DNA of 64,000 nucleotides from Candidatus Micrarchaeota archaeon. GTDB taxonomy: Archaea > Micrarchaeota > Micrarchaeia > Micrarchaeales > CABMGC01. The DNA is taken from the NCBI GenBank assembly GCA_027365175.1, contig DAHXNY010000003.1:24634-88633 (forward strand), given 5' to 3'. Both the position numbers and the translations under genes were made by a program. Under the pieces are notes generated by a model. The model did not search any database. It saw only the letters and a list, made by a program, of their open reading frames with translations, and was not told where the DNA came from. Positions 16,842-26,133 of the stretch are shown piece by piece (position 1 is the first letter of the stretch; each line of letters opens with the position of its first letter).

Positions 16842-19229
16842 TCAGACAATCCCTGTGTTTATGCTTATGTTCATCTCAGTAGTGGCTCCTGAAGAGACGT
16901 TTACTGATTTTGGAATGTTGCGCAGACAGCTTATGTAGTGGCAATTGAGCATGCTTACCGAGTAAGAACCCGCAGCCACCTGCTGTGAGTATGTACCATT
17001 TGCGCCAAGGGGGATTGTGTAATTGTAGGCGTTGTTAGTTGATATGAGTTCCAGTTTGAGATTTGAATAGAGTGTATTAAGGTCTATACTGCCTGCACAG
17101 GTATTGCTGATAGATTCTACAGGGCATAATGGGCCTATCACCACCCTGCCCTGAATTATCCCGAAGCCGGTCTGATTCTGCGGAATTGTAGTCACAGTAG
17201 TCGTAGTAGATGTCAACGTATCGTTTATGCTGCTGTTAGACTGTTCGGTTGTATTCCGGGATACCGAGTATGTGGTCTTTATTGACAGCTGCCCGTAATA
17301 CTGATAGCCAGGGGCCTTTATAGTGAGGACCGCAGCTCTTATCTTCTGGCCTGCCGTGCATACGAAGCAGTGTATGCTTCCTGAAGAGCAGACAGGGCAC
17401 CTCCCAGGAATATACTCCATCACATATGCCGTCCCTAGGAGAGTAAATCCGGGAGTAAGTATGCTTATGTTCTTAAGCTGATAAGCAGAATAGTAATCGT
17501 TATACGAACCTGAGAGCAACGGCAGGGTGTAGTTAGCAGTTCCGTTTATCGTTGATGTAAAGCCCTGCAAAGAGATATTGTATGAGGAATTGCCTGCTAG
17601 CACCTGCTCGTTCACCATGCTCACTCCGACAAGCTTTGAGGTATAGTTGCTTATGCTGCCTTCATCAGAAGCAGTGTAATTCGCATTTGCAATTCCTGAA
17701 TGCTGCTGTCCGGCACCGTTCACCTTTATGCTGTAATTCTGGCTAGGTATGAGAAGTATCCTTGTTACCCCTCTGAAGAATGGCAGTGAATCTGCCGCAT
17801 ATGGCAGTGGGCCTATCCCAAGAGTGCCGTTGAAGCGGAGGTCTGCTGAAGCGCCGGGCTTGACAGACAGGCCTGTGAAGCTTCTGCACCCTATGAATGC
17901 ACCAATCTCATCGCCGTGGGACTCTTCGCAGTTTGGCACATAATTGAATATCGGGAGTGAGAGTGTCCCGTTGTCAAGCACGATGAAATTAAGGTAATTG
18001 TTGAACTTGTTGACAAATGCTCCGGCAGCATTTGCTTCAAGCTCGCTCTGGTTCCTGGATTCTGCGTTTGCAGATATTGATATCGCACTCTTGCCTATGC
18101 ACATTATCCCGACGCATGTTTTTGCTGTTGTTCCTGCATTAGAATTATCAGATATGGCTGATGTATAGCCCTGATAGCCAAGCCTTATCTCTTCCATTAA
18201 GCCATTAAGCTGCATATTTGTCAGATTGACAGTAGTGTTGCCGGTGTTCTTTACCTCTATAGACATCATGGTCAAATTGCCTGAAGAGGCCAGAGTGGCA
18301 TTAGTTATTATTATGCTGCTGTTTGATCTTATCCTGCGGACTGTGTCAGGGCTTATCCTTTCTACGTAGCCTATGCTCCTGGTGCTTGCCGCTTCTGATC
18401 TGCCTATGAATATGGCCTTGACATTGGGAACCATCACGAATATACTCTCATTGTTCTGCGAATATATACTGACTATTGTAGGGTTCATGTTTATCAGGGC
18501 ACCTCCTATAGAGGAGTTGGAGCTTGAGTTTAGCTGCGCTTCCACGTAGCCCTGAGGCACAGTCACGTTGTATGTGGTGTTATCTATAGTTATGTTTGCA
18601 GCTGTTATGTTGAGCCTTAGGGCCTTTATCATACTGTAGTTCTTCACATTCAGGACGGCTATTGTCTTTGTAACATTGGTCAGGTTGAGAAGGTCGGCAG
18701 TGCCACTGGCGTTGAAGTACTCGAATGCAGAGGAATTTGCATAGAATAGGCCTAATGAAGAGTATCTTATCGTCAGTGATGAGGTTCCTGGAGGCACAAG
18801 AGGAGGATCCGTAAGCTGCACTACGAAGTTGCCCTGCAGGGAGGAGTTTGAATACTGCGAATTGAATGAAGGAGGAGTTGTAGAGTAGTTTCCTGGATAG
18901 ACTGGCGCCCTGCCATTGAATAGAAATATGCCAATAGCTGCTATCGCTATTATTACAAGTATGCCTACTGCGAAAGCCCTTACCTTTGCAACATTGTAAC
19001 CGTTGTCCTCAAGGCGCTTTTCGAATCCATTGTTGTATTCGTAGTACTTCCACTTCCTGCTATAAGGATTCTCTATCTCCTTTATGGCGCCTATCTTCAG
19101 GAGCTCTTTTATGTGCTGGTTTGTAGTAGACTGGCCCAGACCCAGCTTTTCGGATATCTGAGTCATTGTCATAGGCTTCTCTTTTACCAGTCCTATTATC
19201 TTCTTCTTGCTTTCAAAGAGCTTGCTCAT
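16842..19229 (-). CDS. Membrane-anchored protein: N-terminal wHTH, single TM, large Asn/Ser/Thr-rich extracellular region (DUF4382-like start)
   Basis: PMTMTQISEKLGLGQSTTNQHIKEL HTH; TM AVGILVIIAIAAIGIFL; VQLTDPP; many NxS/T sequons. Confidence 0.75.
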   Translation of the reverse strand: MSKLFESKKKIIGLVKEKPMTMTQISEKLGLGQSTTNQHIKELLKIGAIKEIENPYSRKWKYYEYNNGFEKRLEDNGYNVAKVRAFAVGILVIIAIAAIGIFLFNGRAPVYPGNYSTTPPSFNSQYSNSSLQGNFVVQLTDPPLVPPGTSSLTIRYSSLGLFYANSSAFEYFNASGTADLLNLTNVTKTIAVLNVKNYSMIKALRLNITAANITIDNTTYNVTVPQGYVEAQLNSSSNSSIGGALINMNPTIVSIYSQNNESIFVMVPNVKAIFIGRSEAASTRSIGYVERISPDTVRRIRSNSSIIITNATLASSGNLTMMSIEVKNTGNTTVNLTNMQLNGLMEEIRLGYQGYTSAISDNSNAGTTAKTCVGIMCIGKSAISISANAESRNQSELEANAAGAFVNKFNNYLNFIVLDNGTLSLPIFNYVPNCEESHGDEIGAFIGCRSFTGLSVKPGASADLRFNGTLGIGPLPYAADSLPFFRGVTRILLIPSQNYSIKVNGAGQQHSGIANANYTASDEGSISNYTSKLVGVSMVNEQVLAGNSSYNISLQGFTSTINGTANYTLPLLSGSYNDYYSAYQLKNISILTPGFTLLGTAYVMEYIPGRCPVCSSGSIHCFVCTAGQKIRAAVLTIKAPGYQYYGQLSIKTTYSVSRNTTEQSNSSINDTLTSTTTTVTTIPQNQTGFGIIQGRVVIGPLCPVESISNTCAGSIDLNTLYSNLKLELISTNNAYNYTIPLGANGTYSQQVAAGSYSVSMLNCHYISCLRNIPKSVNVSSGATTEMNISINTGIV

Positions 19230-19355
19230 ACCATAACACAGTAATAACATATGCAGTAAGAATTAATAAACCTGAAGAATTGCATCGGTTTTGTTGCGGT
19301 TTTACCTCAGCATAGGTAAAAACCGTAGCTTTGCAAATGGTATGTAATCCGTTAG

Positions 19356-20108
19356 CTACCTGTTTTCCGAGTGCTTGTCCGTAACCTCCTTGTATGAATC
19401 ATGCGTGCCTATGTCATACCAGAAATCATCATACACCACGGCGTGCACCTCGTTCTTGTTCTTTACGAGCCACTGCATGAAGTATCCTGGAGAGTCAGGG
19501 TTGTTCTTGTTTGCTATATACTCGTCGAACTTCTCCAGGTGCTCCTTAGGTATAGCATATATGCACGTGCTTATCAGTGTAGATTTAGGATTCTGCGGTT
19601 TCTCCTCGAATTCTTTTATCATGCTCCCTTCAAGGCTTACGACTCCGAAGCGTTTTGCCTCATCAAGGCTCTTTATATTGTGCAGCGCTGTTACTATCTT
19701 CCTGCCGCTCTTGGACTTTGCCAGGAGTTTTGAAAGGTCAAAATTGTGGAAGTTGTCCCCTGCCACTATCAGCAGGTCGTCTTTCAGCCCGAGCGTCTTT
19801 ATAGTGTAATCTATGCCCTTTACTGCCCCGAACTTCTCGCCCTCATGCATCGTAGGTTCAACAACGAGATCTATATGCACATTCTTTACCGCCTTCCTGT
19901 GGTCTATCCAGTACCTGAACTGCTTCTCGAACTTCTTGTTTGTAGAGACTATTATCCTGTCGAAATTGCCAGGGATGAGGCCGTCAAGTATGTAATCTAT
20001 CATCAGTTTGTCTCCTATAGGGAGCAGAGGCTTTGGTATGTATGTAGTTATTGGTTCAAGCCTTTTTGCATAGCCTCCGCAGAGTATCAACGCATCTATG
20101 ATAAACAC
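19356..20108 (-). CDS. Sugar-phosphate nucleotidylyltransferase
   Basis: LILCGGYAKRL, PKPLLPI, VAGDN, FEEKP, WYDIGT. Confidence 0.92.
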   Translation of the reverse strand: MFIIDALILCGGYAKRLEPITTYIPKPLLPIGDKLMIDYILDGLIPGNFDRIIVSTNKKFEKQFRYWIDHRKAVKNVHIDLVVEPTMHEGEKFGAVKGIDYTIKTLGLKDDLLIVAGDNFHNFDLSKLLAKSKSGRKIVTALHNIKSLDEAKRFGVVSLEGSMIKEFEEKPQNPKSTLISTCIYAIPKEHLEKFDEYIANKNNPDSPGYFMQWLVKNKNEVHAVVYDDFWYDIGTHDSYKEVTDKHSENR

Positions 20109-20289
20109 CGATAAATTGTTATGTTTCTTAATGACTTAGAGAAGCCTTAAGTGAATCTAAAATACTATGGCTTCATATTTAAACCTTGCTGAATCATTGT
20201 AAATCCTTTAATTGCAGCTGATACCGGCCATGCTGACAGAGAGTAAGACTTTGCCGAGTCCGTGCAATAATAAGAATTAACGTCGTTTA

Positions 20290-20922
20290 TCACTGGCGTT
20301 CAGCATGCTCAAGCAGCGCCCTGTATGCAGGGAATTCTTTGGCCGCCTGGGTTTGGTTCTTCCAGATTTGCGAGTCGTACTCCTGCCTTGCAGCCATTAC
20401 TATCTCTTTTGGTATGGGAATTGCCGCTGCGGCTGAGCCGACAGACTGGTTCTGATATACGCTTGCAACCCTGGCATCGTCTGCAGGCCTATCTCCAGAG
20501 CTTACGATCAGGCGGCAGTCGTAAAATACTACGCTGCCGACTAACAGGCGCACAGGAGCTTCACCTTTAGCAATATTTGCGGCTGCATTTGGAGAAACAA
20601 AGAGACGGTCATGCCAGTCTGCATGCGATCTGTTTTGTAATTTTGTAAATGTTCCATCTGCATTATTTGCGAAATATCCGGAAATCGGCGGCACCCCTTC
20701 GAATGTGCGTCCTTTGTAAGCCTGCCCTTCTGGAACTCTGGGCGCAAGTTCCTTGTTTTGTACGCTTATCCAGTAATAATCAGGCGGAAGCGCCGCGACA
20801 TGTGATAATGATGCATATGCCCTGTCCTGTCCCAATTTGACACCGGCCTTGGCAACATTACCCTTTCCTACCTCAACTTCGACTGTATTGGTGTGTTCCT
20901 TCGCGTTGGTTCTAAATGCCAT
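20290..20922 (-). CDS. Hypothetical protein
   Basis: About 210 codons from MAFRTN; weak similarity by eye to 49645-50241. Confidence 0.6.
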   Translation of the reverse strand: MAFRTNAKEHTNTVEVEVGKGNVAKAGVKLGQDRAYASLSHVAALPPDYYWISVQNKELAPRVPEGQAYKGRTFEGVPPISGYFANNADGTFTKLQNRSHADWHDRLFVSPNAAANIAKGEAPVRLLVGSVVFYDCRLIVSSGDRPADDARVASVYQNQSVGSAAAAIPIPKEIVMAARQEYDSQIWKNQTQAAKEFPAYRALLEHAERQ

Positions 20923-21173
20923 AAAATACACAAGAGGATTGTGTTTGGACTCATATATAAGCATTTAGCAGGTCTTTTTATGCTGTTTCCTTTTAATAGT
21001 CCAAAACATTTCATTTGTGTTGTATTGTCTATACCAATAAACAACATTCGACTAAGAAAATAGATAGATTTAAAAATGAAAAAATAATTACATTATAGTG
21101 TGATAAAACGGCAAAGGTTACTGTAAAGAGAGTAGAGACGCTTGATGGCATAGGAAAGGAGCTTAAAAAGGCG

Positions 21174-22091
21174 ATGGCAGAGTCCCTTGGGAGAGAGGCT
21201 CCTTTGATAATATACCACCCTTCGAGGCTCTCTAATGCTGAAGAGTTTAGGGCATTGTTCACCGTATCTAGCGGGCAGGCCGTAGAGCATGACATAAGGA
21301 CCGGCAAGGACGGTTACTCGGTTCAGCAGGGCATGTTTACGGATAGGCTGCATGCCTGGAATATCCTGCCGGTAAGCAGCCTTGGAGGATTAGAGAGTGT
21401 GCTAGGAACCACAAGAGCAGTAGAAATAGTCGGGATTGCAAAGAGGAGAGACAGGAGCGGAAAGCCGTTTACAATGGATACCGTAAAGGATAATCTCTTC
21501 GTAAAGGATTTGACAGTTGAGGAGCTGCAGGTATTGGGAAGGGCAGGAGGAGAGGAGATACTTGCACTGGGAGAGTTTCTCGACCTTTACAAGCATGCAT
21601 CTAATAGCAAGGTCAAACCTGGAAGACTTTGCATAGACATAAAGGATGGCGACAGGGATTTGCACGGAAGCCTGAAACTTGCCGTGAATGCAACAAAAGC
21701 AGTATTTGAAGAGCTAAAGGCAAGAAGACTTGAGAGATCCGCATATATGATAATGCAGTACAGCATAGATGCGTTCAAAGCTTCGAAGAAGATAGTTGAA
21801 GATAATGCGATATCCGCATGCGTGCTGCCAAGCAGCATGATAAGCAGAGGCGGAGAGCAGAAGTTTAGAGATTATGCAAATAAGGCCATTGATGCGGCAG
21901 GAGCAGATTGGGTCGTATGCAGGATAGGTGATCTGCACTTGATAAAAGACCTCTTGAGATCTGAAGATAATATAGGACATGAACCTAATATTATGGTTTA
22001 TGCACCTCCGAAGGAGAGTTCTGATATAAAACTACTTATACGGACTCTCAAGGATTATCCGAGCATAAAAGCCATACAGATAGACGCATGA
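21174..22091 (+). CDS. Degenerate glycerophosphodiester phosphodiesterase-like TIM-barrel protein
   Basis: IIYH, VEHDIRTGKDG, LTVEELQ, LCIDIKD, IQID. Confidence 0.6.
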   Translation: MAESLGREAPLIIYHPSRLSNAEEFRALFTVSSGQAVEHDIRTGKDGYSVQQGMFTDRLHAWNILPVSSLGGLESVLGTTRAVEIVGIAKRRDRSGKPFTMDTVKDNLFVKDLTVEELQVLGRAGGEEILALGEFLDLYKHASNSKVKPGRLCIDIKDGDRDLHGSLKLAVNATKAVFEELKARRLERSAYMIMQYSIDAFKASKKIVEDNAISACVLPSSMISRGGEQKFRDYANKAIDAAGADWVVCRIGDLHLIKDLLRSEDNIGHEPNIMVYAPPKESSDIKLLIRTLKDYPSIKAIQIDA

Positions 22092-22143
22092 GATGGTGAG
22101 TATAGGATAGTTTAAATATCCTGCAGCGCATATATATTGGGGT

Positions 22144-22731
22144 TTGATGGGGACAGTTACAGTAACGCCTGACAGTAGTAAAAGCAGGTATTCGATATGG
22201 CTAATGCCTGCTGAAGAGAGCGTATTTGATGAATTGCAGCATACCATAAATGAAATAAGCAATAGGTATTCCACTCCTTCTTTTGAACCGCATATTACCT
22301 TAATGGCAGGGATTTCAGGGATTGAGGATAGCGTCATTGAAAATGCGCATTATCTTGCAAGCAGAATTGACAGATGCACGGTTGCACTGGGGAGCATAGG
22401 CAGATCGAGGGAGTACTTCAGGTCACTGTTCATAAGAGTACAGAAGAGTATGGAGATGGAGAGGGCTGCAGATCTTGCTAAAGAAGTATTTGAAAGGTAT
22501 TACACACGAGAGTATACGCCTCATCTTAGTTTCATGTATGCAGACATGCAGGATGGTCAGAAGGATAAGATAATAGAAGAGTATGGGCTTGTTCCACTGG
22601 TCAGAAGGCTGCGTGCATTCACGATAGGAAAATTGGGCCTTTATTACACATACGGCAGGGCTGATGGGTGGCAGAAAGTAAGGGAGTTCAGGCTTATGAA
22701 TCCCGTTAAAGAAGCACGTTCAGTTCTCTGA
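22144..22731 (+). CDS. 2H phosphoesterase (cyclic phosphodiesterase-like)
   Basis: YSIWLMP start and two HxT/S motifs (PHITL, PHLSF). Confidence 0.85.
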   Translation: MMGTVTVTPDSSKSRYSIWLMPAEESVFDELQHTINEISNRYSTPSFEPHITLMAGISGIEDSVIENAHYLASRIDRCTVALGSIGRSREYFRSLFIRVQKSMEMERAADLAKEVFERYYTREYTPHLSFMYADMQDGQKDKIIEEYGLVPLVRRLRAFTIGKLGLYYTYGRADGWQKVREFRLMNPVKEARSVL

Positions 22732-22831
22732 TTGTTCCGATTCTGGTTTTTAGCATTAGCCTTTCCCTGAGCATAATTACTTCACGCTATTCCTCAAAAA
22801 CAATATAAAACTCTGGTACTAATTCTTACTG

Positions 22832-23923
22832 GTGCTTGTGTTGAAAAGGGAGGTATTCAGTGGAAGCGTAACATACATGCAGGTAATGGATGAAAACGGT
22901 GTTATTGACAAGGAGCTTATGCCCAATTATGTCGATGACAATAAGATACTGGAGATGCTCAGGTACATGGTTCTTGCACGCGAGATAGACGCAAAGGCGC
23001 TATCTTTGCAGAGGCAGGGACGTGCAGTAACATATGCACCACTTCTTGGAGAAGAAGCGACGCAGGTAGGAGCGGCAATGGCACTTAGGAAGGATGATTA
23101 TTTTGTACCTAACTTCAGGCAGCACGCAGTATATCTTGTTCGGGGACTGCCGCTAGAGCTCTTCTTCATGTACTGGAGAGGTTATGAAGAGGCGCAGAAG
23201 ATACCTGAAAATGTGAAGGGGCTTCCGATAATTATCCCGGTATCTACGCAGATGTCGCATGCAGTAGGTGTAGCATACGCACAGAAGTATAAGAAGACAG
23301 GAGCTGCGGTGATAGCTTTTGTCGGAGATGGAGGAACGTCGGAAGGGGATTTCTATGAGGCGATCAACTTTGCAGGGGCATGGAACATCCCGCTTATTAC
23401 AATAATAGAGAATAATGCATGGGCGATATCCGAGCCTACAAAGAAGCAGACAGCTGCGGCCACTCTTGCGCAGAAGGGCATAGCTGCCGGAATTCAGAGG
23501 ATAATACAGGTGGATGGAAACGATGTCGTTGCGGTTTACAAGGCTGTCAGGGAAGCGATAGAGGCATCTGCCGATGGCCCTGCGGTGATAGAGGCCCTGA
23601 CTTACAGGATGGGCATGCATACGACTGCAGATGACCCTACAAAATACAGGACTGACGATGAACTTGAAAAATGGAAGGCGAGGGACCCCATACTGAGGGT
23701 GAAGAGGTACCTGGCTGCAAAGAATCTTTGGAGCGATGAGATTGAGGCGAAGTTCATTGAGGAGAATATGACTAAGATAGATGACGCTATTGAAAAGGCA
23801 GAGAGCTTTGTTCCTGATCCGAAGAGCATGTTCGAAAGCGTATACAGTTTCATGCCGGACGTACTTCAGGAGGAGATGGACGAAGCCGTTAAGGAGAACT
23901 TCTGGCAGGGTGATTCAGAATGA
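22832..23923 (+). CDS. pdhA: Pyruvate/2-oxoacid dehydrogenase E1 alpha
   Basis: GDGGTSEGDF TPP motif, HTTADDP. Confidence 0.93.
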   Translation: MLVLKREVFSGSVTYMQVMDENGVIDKELMPNYVDDNKILEMLRYMVLAREIDAKALSLQRQGRAVTYAPLLGEEATQVGAAMALRKDDYFVPNFRQHAVYLVRGLPLELFFMYWRGYEEAQKIPENVKGLPIIIPVSTQMSHAVGVAYAQKYKKTGAAVIAFVGDGGTSEGDFYEAINFAGAWNIPLITIIENNAWAISEPTKKQTAAATLAQKGIAAGIQRIIQVDGNDVVAVYKAVREAIEASADGPAVIEALTYRMGMHTTADDPTKYRTDDELEKWKARDPILRVKRYLAAKNLWSDEIEAKFIEENMTKIDDAIEKAESFVPDPKSMFESVYSFMPDVLQEEMDEAVKENFWQGDSE

Positions 23924-24885
23924 TGGCAAACATGGTTACAGCGTTGAACGGTGCTCTCAGCCACATACTTGAGAATGACAAGAATGCAGTGGTGCTGGGA
24001 GAGGATGTCGGGAAGGATGGAGGTGTATTCAGGGTTACTGATGGACTCGCTAAAAAATTCGGGGATGACAGAGTGATAGATACGCCTTTGGCAGAGTCTG
24101 GAATAATAGGCACTTCGATAGGAATGGCCATATCGGGAATGCGCCCTATTCCGGAGATACAGTTTGCAGGCTTCATGTTCCTCGGGTTCAGCCAGTTGGT
24201 CAACCATGCTGCAAGGTACAGGAGCAGGACAAGAGGCTCATTCAAGGTTCCGATGATAGTAAGGACTCCGGTAAGCGGAGGGGTGAGAACGCTGGAGCAC
24301 CACTCTGAAAGCCCTGAAGCATATTATTCGCATATGGGAGGCTTGATAGTGGTAGAGCCTTCAGGACCTTATGATGCAAAAGGGCTGATGATAAATGCCT
24401 CTAAGCTGGATGATCCCATAGTCTTCCTTGAGCCTACTAAGCTCTACAGACTCTTCAAGGAGGAGGTTCCTGATGAGCCTTATGAGGTGGAGATAGGAAA
24501 GGCAAATGTCCTGAGAGAAGGAAATGGGCTCAGCATAATAACCTATGGCACCATGGTGCCCGTAGTCAAGAGCGTTGTGGAGAAGAGGGGCGTGGACGCT
24601 GAGATAATAGACCTAAGGACGATAAACCCGCTTGATGAGAGGTGCATAATAGACAGTGTGAAGAAGACAGGAAGGGCGCTCATAGTGCATGAAGCTTCAC
24701 TGAGCTTCGGGGTTGGTGCAGAGGTATCCGCAAGGATAGCGGAGAAGGCAATATTCGACCTAAAGGCCCCGATAATAAGGGTGGCGTCGCACTCCCTGCC
24801 TTACCCGTTCCCGGGATATGAGAAGTATTACATACCAAATGAGCTTAAGGTATCAAAGGCTATAGATAAGATAATGTCGGTGTAG
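23920..24885 (+). CDS. pdhB: Pyruvate/2-oxoacid dehydrogenase E1 beta
   Basis: GEDVGKDGGVFR, DTPLAE, EHHSESPE. Confidence 0.93.
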   Translation: MMANMVTALNGALSHILENDKNAVVLGEDVGKDGGVFRVTDGLAKKFGDDRVIDTPLAESGIIGTSIGMAISGMRPIPEIQFAGFMFLGFSQLVNHAARYRSRTRGSFKVPMIVRTPVSGGVRTLEHHSESPEAYYSHMGGLIVVEPSGPYDAKGLMINASKLDDPIVFLEPTKLYRLFKEEVPDEPYEVEIGKANVLREGNGLSIITYGTMVPVVKSVVEKRGVDAEIIDLRTINPLDERCIIDSVKKTGRALIVHEASLSFGVGAEVSARIAEKAIFDLKAPIIRVASHSLPYPFPGYEKYYIPNELKVSKAIDKIMSV

Positions 24886-24887
24886 AA

Positions 24888-26132
24888 GTGAAAGAGATAA
24901 AATTCGTTGATGTTGGAGAGGGCATAACCGAAGGCCATCTGCAGAAGTGGATGGTGAAGGACGGAGACAGTGTGAAGGAGGATCAGGCGGTTGCGCAGGT
25001 AGAGACAGATAAAGCAATAGTCAACATACCTGCACCGATATCTGGGATCATAAAACTGGTTGCTAAGGAGAATACCGATGTAAAGGTAGGAGATACATTA
25101 GCTACCGTGGGAGATGGAACACAGGATACAGAACCGAAAAAGGCTGCGCCTGAAGCTGAAAAGAGCGTTCAGCATTCTCCTCCTGCAGCACAAACTGCTG
25201 CGCATGTTGCTGCTGCGCCTGATACAAAGGCAGTAGGTGAGACCAAGGAGATACTTACTACTCCTTATGTGAGGAAGCTTGCTCGTGACCTTGGAATAGA
25301 CCTGTCAACGGTCACAGGCACCGGCCCGCAGGGAAGGATTCTGGAGAATGATGTTAAGACGTTTGCAAACAACGGAGCCGTTCCGAAGAAGCTTGTCCCT
25401 AAGTTCTCTGAAGTGCTCGAAGAGAAGCATGGCGAAGAGATTGAAAGAGTGCCGATGTCACAGTTGAGGAAGACGATTGCAAAGAATATGGAGCTTTCAT
25501 GGACGATTCCTAGAGCGGTGCATATGGATATTGCAGACGCAGGGCATCTTTTCGAGATAGTTAAAAGAGAGAAGGAGAACGCTGAAAAGGCAGGTTTCAA
25601 GCTGACCTTCCTCCCATTCATGATAAAGGCAGCGGTAGAGGCTCTTAAGGAGAATCCAAGATTCAATTCAAGCTATGACCATGACAGGCAGGAGGTAATA
25701 GTAAAGAGGTATTACAATGTAGGGCTCGCTGCGGAGTCTCCTGATGGATTGAAGGTGGTTGTAATAAAGAATGCAGACAGGAAGAGCATATCTGAGATAG
25801 CTAAGGAGATAATGGTGCTTCACAAAAAGGTGCTTGATAATACCATATCATTGGAAGAGATGCATGATGGCACCTTCACAATAACCAATATAGGAAGCCT
25901 TGGAGGAGGATATCTCTCCGTTCCGATGATAAATTACCCCGAGGTCGCAATACTCGGAGTGCACATGATAAAGGAGGTGCCGGTAGTGCAGGACGGCAAG
26001 ATAGTTATAGGAAGGCAGCTGCCTTTCTCTCTGGTCTTCGACCATAGGGTGGTAGACGGGGCTGAAGCTGTGAAGTTCGGAAATGCCTTTAAGAGATATA
26101 TAGAGGATCCTGAATTCCTCGAGATGCTGTAA
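24888..26132 (+). CDS. pdhC: Dihydrolipoamide acyltransferase E2
   Basis: ETDKA lipoyl site, GTGPQGRI, FDHRVVDG. Confidence 0.93.
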   Translation: MKEIKFVDVGEGITEGHLQKWMVKDGDSVKEDQAVAQVETDKAIVNIPAPISGIIKLVAKENTDVKVGDTLATVGDGTQDTEPKKAAPEAEKSVQHSPPAAQTAAHVAAAPDTKAVGETKEILTTPYVRKLARDLGIDLSTVTGTGPQGRILENDVKTFANNGAVPKKLVPKFSEVLEEKHGEEIERVPMSQLRKTIAKNMELSWTIPRAVHMDIADAGHLFEIVKREKENAEKAGFKLTFLPFMIKAAVEALKENPRFNSSYDHDRQEVIVKRYYNVGLAAESPDGLKVVVIKNADRKSISEIAKEIMVLHKKVLDNTISLEEMHDGTFTITNIGSLGGGYLSVPMINYPEVAILGVHMIKEVPVVQDGKIVIGRQLPFSLVFDHRVVDGAEAVKFGNAFKRYIEDPEFLEML

Positions 26133-26133
26133 T

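Noticed and set aside
20241-20259. GAGTAAGACT and TGCCGAGT shared with 62647-62660
   Set aside because: Matches of 8-10 bp in different order are expected by chance in 64 kb
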